A stretch of 64,000 nucleotides of DNA from Squalus acanthias (taxonomy: Eukaryota). The stretch is from the NCBI GenBank assembly GCA_030390025.1, contig JASTWF010000034.1, forward strand, positions 2,666,001 through 2,730,000, read 5' to 3'. Below, piece by piece: positions 53,101 to 64,000 of this stretch. The notes beneath the pieces were generated by a model. The model was not told the DNA's origin. It saw only the letters and a list, made by a program, of their open reading frames with translations, and did not search any database. Numbering within the stretch: the first letter of the stretch is position 1; the number at the start of each line of letters is the position of its first letter. Made by a program: the position numbers and the translations under genes.

Positions 53101-55936
53101 ATACCCTCTACACCGGGGAATAAAGTTACAGTTATTTTTAATTTGGCATGACATCCTCTACCCCAGAGAATAAATTTACAATTAATTGTTAAATTTGACA
53201 TGATGTCCTCTACACTTGGGAATAAAGTTACAGTTAATTGTTTATTTGACATGATACACTCTACACCAGGGAATAAAGTTAGAGTTAAATGTTAATTTAG
53301 ACATGATTCCATGCACACCTGGGAAAAAATTACAGATAATTGTTAATTTCACATGATATCCTCTACACCGGGGAATAAAGTTACAGATATTGTTAACTTG
53401 ACACGATATCCTCGACTCCAGAGAATAATGTAACAGTTAATTTTTAATTTGACATGATATGCTCTACACCAGAGAATACACCAGGGAATAAGGTTACAGT
53501 TAATTGCTAATTTAGACATGATTGCTTCCACATCAGGGAATAAAGTTACAGTCAATTGCTAATTTGACATGATATCCTCTACAACGTGGTATATAGTTCA
53601 GTTAATTGTTAATTTGACCTGATCCCCTCTACACCGGGTAATAAAGTTTGAGTTAATTGTTAATTTCGACAAGAGTCCCTCTACATTGGTGATTAAAATT
53701 AATTACAGTTAATTGTTAATTTAGACAAGATACCTTCTACACAGGGGAATAAAATTACAGCCAATTGTTAATTTAGACATGATTCTCTTCACACCGGGGA
53801 ATAAGGTTGCAGTTATTTGCTAATTTAGACATGATTCCCTCACATCAGGGAAGAAAGTTAGACTTAATTGTTAATTTGACATGATATCCTCTACACCAGA
53901 GAATAAAGTTACTGTTAATTTTTAATTGAACATAATATCCTCTACACCAGAGAATAAAGTTGCAGTTAATTGTTAATTTGACATGATATCCTCTACACCA
54001 GAGAATAAAGTTACAGTTAATTTTTAATATGACATGATATCCTCTGCACTGGGGGATAATGTTACAGTTAATTGTTAATTTGTCATGATGCCCTCTAGAC
54101 TGGGAAATAAAGTTACAGTTAATTGTTAATTTGACATAATACGCTCTACACTGGGGAATACATTTACAGTTAATTGTTTATTTGACATGATAAACTCTGC
54201 ACTGGGGAATAAAGATACAGTCAATTGCTAATATGAAATCATACCCACTGCACCGGGGAATAAAGTTACAGTTAATTGTTAACTAAACCTGATGCCCTGT
54301 GCACTGGGGATTAAATTAACAGTCAATTGTTAATTTGATATGAAGCCCTGTACACCGGGGAATTAAGTTACAGTTAATTGGTGATTTTGACGTTATACCC
54401 TCCACACCGCGGAATAAAGATTCAGTCGATTGTAAATTTGAAATGATTCCCTCTACAACTGGGGATAAACTTACAGTTAATTGTTAATTTAGATATGTTA
54501 CCCTCTGCACTTGGGAATAAAGTTACAGTTAATTGTTAATTTGATATGATTCCGTCTAAACTGGGGAATAAAGTTACAGTTAATTGTTAATTTGACATGA
54601 TACACTCTACACCAGGGAATGAAGTTACAGTTAATTGTTATTTAGACATGATACCCGCTGCACCGGGGAATTTAAATTACAGTTAATTGTTAATTTGACA
54701 TGATGCCCTCTACACCGGGGAATAAAGTTTCAGTTAATTGTTAATTTCGACAAGATGCCCTGGACATTGGTGATTAAAGTGACACTTAATTGTTAATTGA
54801 GACATGATACCTTCTACACAGGGGAATAAAATTATAGTTAATTGTTAATTTAGATATGATTTCCTCCACACCGGGGAATAATGTTTTACAGTCAAATGCT
54901 AATTTGACATGATACCCTCTACACCGGGGTATATCGTTACAGATAATTGTTAATTTGACATGATGCCCTCGACTCTGGGGAATAAAATTACAGTTAATCG
55001 TTAATTTGACATGATACCCTCTACACCAGGCAATAAAGTTACAATCCTTGGCTAATTTAAATATGATACTGTCTACACTGTGGAATAAATTTGCAATTAA
55101 TTCTTAATTTAGACATAATTCCCATCACATCGGGGAATAAAGTAACAGTTAATTGTTAATTTGACATGATATCGGCTGCACCAGAGTATAAAGTTGCAGT
55201 TAATTTTTAATTTGACATGATGACCTCTTCACCAGGGAATAAAGTTAAAATTAATTGTTAATTTATCATGATACACTCTATACAGGGAAATAGAGTTACA
55301 TTTGATTGTTAATTTGACAGGATACCTTCTACACTGGGGAATAAGGTTGCAGTCAATTTTTTTGGGACTTGATTACCTCTACACCGGGGAATAAAGTTAT
55401 TCTTTATTTTCAATTTGACATGATACCCTCTACACCGGTGGAAAAAGTTACAGTTAATTGTAAATTTGTCATGATACCCTCTACACAGGGGAATAAACTT
55501 TCACTCAATTGTTTATTTGACATGATAACCTCTACACGGGGAACAAAGATACCGACAATTGTTAATTTGAAATCATACCCTCTACACCGGGGTATAAAGG
55601 TACAGTTAGTTGTTAATTTAAACATGATACCCGCTACACTGGGGAATAAAGATTCAGTCAGTTGTTAATTTGAAATGGAGCCCTCTACACTGGGAAATAA
55701 AATTCCTGTTAACTGTTAATTTAAACACGATACCATCTACACTGTGGAATAAAATTACAGAAATGTGTTAATTTAGTCAGGATATCCTCTACACCAAGGA
55801 ATTAAGTTACAGTTAATTTTTAATTTGACATGATATCCTCTACAGCAGAGAATAAAGTTAAAGTTAATTGCTAATTTTGACATGATGCCCTCTACACCCG
55901 TGAATAATGTTGGAGTTCATTGTTAATTTGACATGA
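47112..55936. repeat. Near-identical 4312-bp tandem duplication (~2.05 units)
   Basis: ORF pairs 47240/51552, 47609/51921, 48000/52312, 48356/52668, 48522/52834, 49037/53349 and 51057/55369 are all offset by exactly 4312. Confidence 0.97.
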
Positions 55937-58900
55937 TATCCTCTGCACTGGGGAATAATGTTAAATTTAATAGTTAATTTGACATGTTGCCTCTGCATCG
56001 GAGAATAAAGTTACAGTTAATTGTTAATTTGACATTATGCAACCTACACCGGGAAATAAAGTTACAGTTAATTGTTAATTTAAACATGATGCCCTCTACA
56101 CTGTGGAATAAAGTTACAGTTAATAGTTAATTTAGACATGATGCCTTCTACGCAGGGGAAATAAGTTACAGGTAATTGTTAATTTAGACATGATGCCCTC
56201 TACACCGGGGAATAATGTTATTGTTAATTGTTAATTTAGACAGGATTCCCTCAACACCAGGGAATAAAGTTTCAGTTAATTGTTAAATTGACATGATGCC
56301 CTCTACACCGGGGAATAAAGTTACAGTTAATTGTTAATTTTGAAATGCTGCCCTCTACGCCGTGGAATAAAGTTACAGTTAATTGTTAATTTTATATGAT
56401 GCCCTCTACACCGGGGAATAAAGTTACAGTTAATTGTTAATTTTATATGATGCCCTCTACACCGGGGAATAAAATTACAATTAATTGTTGAATTGACATG
56501 ATATCCTCTACACTGTGGAATAAAGTTAAAGTTAATTGTTAATCTGTCATGATAACCTTTACACTGGGAATAAAGTTACAGTTAATTGGTAATTTGACAT
56601 GATATCCTCTACACCGGGGAATAAAGTTACATTTAATTGTTAATTTATACATGATGCCTTTGCACCAGAGATTAAAGTTACAGTTAATTGTTGAATTGAC
56701 ATGATGACCTCTGCACTGTGGAATAAAGTTACAGTTAATTGTTAATTTGACATGATATTTGAATTGACATGATACCCTCTACACCAGAGAATAAAGTAAT
56801 TGTCAATTGTTTGTTTTGGCATGAAACCCTCTACAGCAGGGAGTAAATTTACAGTTAATTGTTAATTTGACATGATATCCTCTTCAACGTGGAATAAAGT
56901 TACATTTAATTGTTAATTTGACGTGATATCCTCTACACTGGGGAATAATGTTAAAGTGAATTTTTAATTTGTCATGATACCCTTTTCACTGGGGAATACT
57001 GTACCAGTCAATTGTTAATTGTTAATTTAGACAGGATTCCCTCAACACCGGGGGATATAGTTACAGTTCGTTGTTAATTTAGACATGATACCCTCTACAC
57101 CGGGGAATAAATTTACAATTAATTGTTAATTTTGACATGAAGCCCTCTACACCGGGGAATAAAGTTACAGTTGATTGTGAATTTGACATGATACCCTTTA
57201 CACCGGGGAATACTGTGCTAGTCAATTATTAATAAGACTTGATAACCTCTACACCGGGGAATAAAGTTACAGTAAATTATTAATTTAAACATGATGCCCT
57301 CTACAACAAGGAGTAAAGATACAGTTAATTTTTAATTTAACATGATACCCTCTACACCGGGAAAAAGTTACTGTTAATTGTTAATTTAGAAATTATTCCC
57401 TCTACACCGGGGACTACAGTAACAGTTACTTGTTAATTTGATATGATACACTCTACACCAGGGAATAAAGTTAGAGTTAATTGTTAATTTGACATGATGC
57501 CCACTAAACTGGGGAATATATTTAAAGTTATTTTTTAATATGTCATTAAAACCCCTACACTGGGGAATAAAGTTTCAGTTGATTGTTAATTTTACATGAT
57601 ACCCTCTACACTGGGGAACAATATTACAGTTGGTTGTTAATGTTACATGACAACCTCTGAACCGGGGAATAAAGTTACATTAAATTATTAATTTAGATAT
57701 GATACCCACTACACCGAGGAATAAGGCTACAGTTAAATGTTAATTAGACATGATGCCCTCTACACCGTGGAATAAAGTTAATGTTAATTGTTAATATGTC
57801 ATGATACCATCTATGCTGAGGATATAAAGTTACAGTTAATTGTTAATTTGACATGATGCCCTCTACACATGTAAAAACAGTTGCACTTAATATTTAATTT
57901 GAAACGACGATCTCTGCAACGGTGAATAAAGTTGCAGCTAATTGTTAATTTAGATATGTTACCTTTTACACAGTGGAATAAATGTAGTTATTTGTTAATT
58001 TAGATATGTTTCGCTCCACACTGTGGAATAAAGTTACAGTTTAAGTAAATTAAGAAAAGTTTCCCACCACACCAGGGAATAAAGTTACTGTCAATTGGTA
58101 ATTTGACATGATACCCTGCACACCAGGGTATAAAGTTACAATTAATTGTTAAATATGACATCATACCCTCTACACTGAGGATATAAGGTTACAGTTAATT
58201 GTTAATTTGGTAGGATACCCTCTACACCGGGGAATAAAGTTACACTTAATATTTAATTTGAAATGATACCCTCTACACCGTGGAATAACGTTACAGTTAA
58301 TTGTTAATTTAGACATGGTCCCCTCTGCACCTGGGAATAAAGTTACAGTTAATTGTTAATTTAGACATGATAATTTCAACACAGGGGAATATAGTTACAG
58401 CTAATTGTTATTTTAGACAAGATACCCTCTACACCAGGGAATAACGTTACAGTTAATTGTTAATTTAGATATGGTCCCCTCTACACCGGGGAATAAAGTT
58501 ACAGTTAATTGTTAATTTAGACATGATACTTTCTACACAGGGGAATATAGTTACAGTTAATTGTTAATTTAGATATGGTCCCCTCTACATCGGGGAATAA
58601 AGTTACAGATAATTGTTAAATTGACATGATGCCCTCTACACCTGTGAATATAGTTACACTTAATATTTAATTTGAAATGATTCCCTCTACAATGGGGAAT
58701 AAAGTCACAGTTAATAGTTAATTTAGTCATGATCCACTCTTATTCCGGGAATAAAGTTGCAGTTAATTGTTAATTTTGAAATGATGCCCTCTACACCGGG
58801 GAAAAATTTTACAGTTAATTGTTAATTTGATATTATACCCTTTAAACCGGGGAATAAAGTTACAGTTAATTTTTAATTTGATATGATACCCTCTACACCG

Positions 58901-59315
58901 GGGAATAAAGTTACAGTTAATTGTTAATTTAGACATGATACCTTGTACAAAGGGGTATAAAGTTACATTCAATGGTTTATTTAGACCTGATTCCCTCCAC
59001 ACCGGGGAATATAGTTGCAGTTAATTGCTAATTTTGACATAATACCCTCTACAACGGGAAATAAATTTACAGTTAATTGTTAATTTGATATGATACCCTC
59101 TACACCGGGGACTAAAGTTACAGTTAATTGTTAATTTGACATGATATCCTCTACACCGGGGAATAAAGTTACAGTTTAATTGTTGAATTGACATGATACC
59201 CTCTACACTGTGGAATAAAGTTAGTCATTTTTTTAACATGATAATCTCTACACCGGGAAATAAAGTTACAGTTAATTTTAAATTTCGACATGATACACTC
59301 TACACCTGGGAATAA

Positions 59316-60581
59316 TGTAGACTTCGCAAAATCCCCAGAAACTCGAACAGAACCCTAAGTGAAGTGATTTCAGGTAAAACACTCAGTTTTGGGAATTTTT
59401 AAAGATCAGGAAGAAAAACCCTGAGGAAAATGACTTTTTCAATCTTACTGTTGGGAAAGACCCCTTTCACAGACACCGAGAGGCTGCGGAGGGGCGTGGC
59501 CTGGCAGTGGACAGCTTTGGGTATTGGGGCCCAATCAAGCTGTCTGGGAATGTGTTTACACTGCCTTCCTACCAAGAAGGAAGAGACAAACCCAAAAGCA
59601 TCACACACACATCGAAATATGAATAATCCAAGACCTCTTTTGAAATTCCCAGGCCCAAACATGATACCAGAAGCCTGAAATCAATAAAACATTTAGTGCC
59701 CCGATTTACTTCATCAAAAACCAATCAACCAGGTATACACAAGACAGATTTTAAGTGCGCCAAAAACCTAGGACTATAGGGACAAGATTTGGCGCGTAGA
59801 TAAATGCCTTGCCTAAATCGGAAGCTATCAGGACATGTTTAACACCAAGTTAAAGCCATCGAAACTGACAAGCCCGCCAAAACTAAGACAATGGAGTAAA
59901 CAGGGCTCATTTGAAATCTAAAGGAAACCGTTTTAGTAAGGGGTTTTGGGCGCGAAAAGGAAAGTATAAATGGGGGCCTAATGTCACAAGACTCTCTCTC
60001 TGGACTCGCTGACAACGCACTCAACGCTCGCACAGCTCTCTCTCTCTCTCTCTCAGCACTGCTCCAGCAAAGACACCACAAGACACGAGGAGAAGGAGGA
60101 AAGAAGGCCAACAACTTCAGAAACAGGCCAACACACAAGAAGAAACCAGCGCGACTGCCTCAGTGACCATCGGACACCTCGCGGCAACAAGGGCCTTACG
60201 AAACCTTTTACTCAAAAGACTCTAAACCATAACTCTCAACTCTCAAGGATTCGTTCGGTGAGCATTATCCCTGATCTCCTGAAACCAAAACCTAGCTAGA
60301 TAGTGGGATTTTTGGGATGGGCAAGGTTTTTTTTGTATATTGTCGGTCTCCCTCGACTGTACCGTGTGTTCCCCAACCTGTGTTCAAGTATTAAGTGTGT
60401 TTTAAGTTTGTTACCTTTTTATTTTAATAAAATTAGAATTATTTCATCAGAACCTGTTGTCTACTGAATCTTTGTTCACGACCCGTAAATAAGTCCAAAG
60501 TCTAGGAACCAGGGGTGTGGGATCGATTCGAACCGCTCACTGAGTCAGAGGTGACGGCTGAACCCAATACCACACCCTACA
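59316..60581 (+). mobile_element. Solo LTR, 1266 bp
   Basis: TGTAG...CTACA inverted termini, perfect 4-bp TSD ATAA (59312-59315 and 60582-60585), TATAAA at 59965-59970, (CT)n tract, AATAAA at 60426-60431. No internal coding domain. Confidence 0.93.
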
Positions 60582-63500
60582 ATAAAGTTAAAGTCAATTG
60601 TTAATTCTGACATGATACCCTCGGCACCGGGGAATAAAGTAATTATCAATTGTTAATTTAGGCATGAAACCCTCTACAGCAGGGAGTAAATGTACAGTTA
60701 ATTGTTAATTTGACATGATATCCTCTTCACCGTGGAATAAAGTTACATTTACTTGTTAATTTGACGTGATATCCTCTACACTGGGGAATAATGTTAAAGT
60801 GAATTTTTAAAATGTCATGATATCCTCTACGCTGAGAATATAAAGTTACAGTTAATTGTTAATTTGACATGATGCCCTCTACACCAGTAAAAATAGTTAC
60901 ACTTAATATTTAATTTGAAATGATGCCCTCTACAACGGTGAATAAAGTTGCAGTTAATTGTTAATTTAGACATGTTACCTTGTACACAGGGGAATAAATT
61001 TACAGTTATTTGTTAATTTAGATATGTTTCCCTCCACACTGTGGAATAAAGTTACAGTTTATTGTAAATTAAGAAAAGTTTCCCACCACACCAGGGAATA
61101 AAATAACTGTCAATTGGTAATTTGACATGATACCCTCCACACCAGGGTATAAAGTTACATTTAATTGTTAAATAAGACATCATACCCTCTACATTCAGGA
61201 TATAATGTTACAGGTAATTGTTAATTTGACATGATAACCTCTACACCGGGGAATAAAGATCCAGTTAATGGTTAATTTGATATGATACCCTCTACACTGG
61301 GGAATAAAGTTACAGTTAATTGTTAATTTTACATTATGCCCTCAACACCGGGGAATAAAGTTGAAGTTAATTGTTAATCTTTCATGATACCCTCTATACT
61401 GGGGAATAAAGTTACAGTAAATTGTTGAATTGGCATGATACCCTCCACACTGTGGAATAAAGTTGCAGTCATTTTTTTAAACATGATAATTTCAACACTG
61501 GGGAATAAAGATGCAGTTAATTTGAAACGGTGCCCTCTACACCGGGGAATAAAGTTACATTTAATTGTTAATTTCGACATGATATCCTCTACACCGGGGA
61601 ATAACGTAAATATCAATTGTTAATTTAGGCATGAAACACTCTACACCAAGGAGCAAATTTACAGTTAATTGTTAATTTGACATGATATCCTCTACACTGG
61701 GGAATAATGTTAAAGTGAATTTTTAATTTGTCAGGATACCCTTTTCACTGGGTAATACTGTACCAGTCAATTGTTATTTGTTAATTTAGACAGGATTCCC
61801 TGAACACCGGGGGATATAGTTACAGTTAATTTTTAATTTAGACATGATACCCTCTACACCGGGGAATAAATTTACAATTCATTGAAAATTTTGACATGAA
61901 GCCCTCTACACCGGGAACTAAAGTTACAGATAATTGTTAATTTGACATGATAACCTCTACACTGGGGAATAAATTTAAAGTTAATTTTTAACTTGTCATG
62001 ATATCCTCTACGCTGAGAATATAAAGTTACAGTTAATGGTTAATTTGACATGATGCCCTCTACACCAGTAAAAATAGTTACACTTAATATTTAATTTGAA
62101 ATGATGCCCTCTACAACGGTGAATAAAGTTACAGTTAATCGTTAGTTTAGACATGTTAACTTGTACACAGGGGAATACATTTACAGTTATTTGTTAATTT
62201 AGATATGTTTCCCTCCACACTGTGGAATAAAGTTACAGTTAATTGTTAATTTCGACATGATATCCTTTACACCGGTGAATAACGTAAATATCAATTGTTA
62301 ATTTAGGCCTGAAACACTCTACACCAAGGAGAAGATTTACAGTTAATTGTTAATTTGACATGATATCCTCTACACTGGGGAATAATGTTAAAGTTAATTG
62401 TTAATTTGACATGATGCCCTATACACCGGGGAATAACGTTACAATTAATTGTTAATTTCGACATGATGCCCTCTACACTGGGGAATAATGTTACAGTTAA
62501 TTGTTAATTTAGACATGATACCTTCTCAACAGGGGAATAAAGTTACAATTAATTGTTAATTTAGACATGATACCTTCTCAACAATGGAATAAAGTTACAC
62601 TTAATTGTTGAATTAGACATGATACCTTCTACACTGGGGAACAAAGTTACAGTTAATTGCTAATTTAGACAGGATACCCTCTACATCGGGGAATTAAGTT
62701 ACTGTTAATTGTTAATTTGACATGATAACCTCTACACCGGAGAATAATTATACAGTTCATTGTTAATTTAGACATGATATACTCTACAGAATAGAATAAA
62801 GTCATAGTTAATTTTGAATTTGGCATGATATCCTGTACACAAGAGAACAATTTTACAGTTAATTTTTAATAGACATGATATCCACTACACCGGGGAAGAA
62901 AGTTACTGTTAATTGTTAATTTAGACATGATACCCATTACCATGCGGAATAAAATTACAGTTAATTGTAAATTTTTACATGATGCTCTCTACACCGGGGA
63001 ATAAAGTTACAGTAAATTGTTAATTTGATATGATACCCTCTACACCGGGAAATAAAGTTACAGTTAATTGTTAATTTTTCATGATGTCTTCTACACTGTG
63101 AAATAAAGTTACAGCTAATTGTTAATTTAGACATGATGCCCTGTACACCAGAGAATAAACGTACTGTTAATTGTTGGATTTACATCATACCCTCTACACT
63201 GTGGAATACAATTACAGTCAATAATCTCTACACTGGGGAATAATGATACATTTAATTTGAAATGGATCCCTCTGCACTGGGAAATAAAGTTACAGTTAAT
63301 TGTTTATTTGATATGATATCCTCTGCACCGGGGAATAAAGTTACAGTTAATTGTTAATTTGACATGATATCCTCTAAACCGGGGAATAAGGTTACAGTTA
63401 ATTGTTAACTTAAACATCATACACTTCACACCGGGGAATATAGTTACAGTTAATTGCAAATTTTGACATGATGCCCTCTACACCGGGGGAAAAAGTTACA

Positions 63501-64000
63501 GTTAATTGTTAATTTTGACATGATGCCCTCTACACCGGGGAGTAAAGTTACAGTTAATTGTTCATTTGATATGATACCCTCTACACCGGGAAATAAAGTT
63601 ACAGTTAATTGTTAATTTTATATGATGCCCTCAACACCGGGGAATAAAGTTGAAGTTAATTGTTAATCTGTCATGATACCCTCTGCACTGGGGAATAAAG
63701 TTACATGTAATTGTTAATTTGACATGATATCCTCTACACCGGGGAATAACGATACATTTAATTGTTAATCTATACATGCCACCCTCTGCACCATAGAATA
63801 AAGTTACAGGTAATTGTTGAATTTACATCATACCCTCTACACCGGGGAATAAATAAAAGTCATATTTTTTAACATGATAATCTCTGCACCGAGGAATAAA
63901 GATACAGTTAATTTGAAATGATACCCTCTACACCGCGGAATAAAGTTACAGTAAATTGTTAAATTAATATGATGCCCTCGACAACGGGGAATAAAGATAC

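Larger units (their letters stand above)
8498..64000. repeat. Tandem satellite array, 51/52-bp monomer, consensus GACATGATACCCTCTACACCGGGGAATAAAGTTACAGTTAATTGTTAATTT(A)
   Basis: Continuous head-to-tail monomers in one orientation, on the order of 950 copies by length arithmetic. The many 17-aa-periodic ORFs (CRGYHVKLTINCNFIPR) reflect the 51-bp period. Continues past the window end. Confidence 0.98.

Noticed and set aside
59399..60166. Short ORFs in the 1266-bp insert
   Set aside because: No recognisable motifs, they span a (CT)n tract, and they lie inside an LTR.
8468..62850. Cys/His-containing 17-aa repeat protein (CRGYHVKLTINCNFIPR) from minus-strand ORFs
   Set aside because: Arises because 51 bp is 17 codons. 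Frequent 52-bp monomers and stops break the frame, there is no sign of codon-level constraint, and the spacing is not C2H2.
8498..64000. CRISPR-like array
   Set aside because: Monomers are contiguous with no unique spacers, there are no cas genes, and the context is vertebrate TEs.

Overview
Eukaryotic repeat-dominated DNA with no recognisable host gene. The host is very likely an elasmobranch (shark or ray), judging from an HE1-type tRNA/V-SINE and its partner HER1/CR1 LINEs. Bases 1-3099 are a nest of CR1 LINE fragments. Bases ~3100-8497 are a decayed LTR retroelement with retrovirus-type architecture: tRNA-Pro PBS, gag with zinc knuckle, in-frame TGA gag/pol junction, protease, RT, a degenerate RNase H 'tether' and a second RNase H. 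Its integrase and any env are deleted. From 8498 to the window end lies a ~55 kb head-to-tail satellite of 51/52-bp monomers. The array shows layered kb-scale duplications, including a near-identical 4312-bp tandem unit. It is interrupted by five CR1 pieces, one SINE, three solo LTRs and one MITE-like fragment. Family names and divergence estimates come from reading by eye and need database confirmation.
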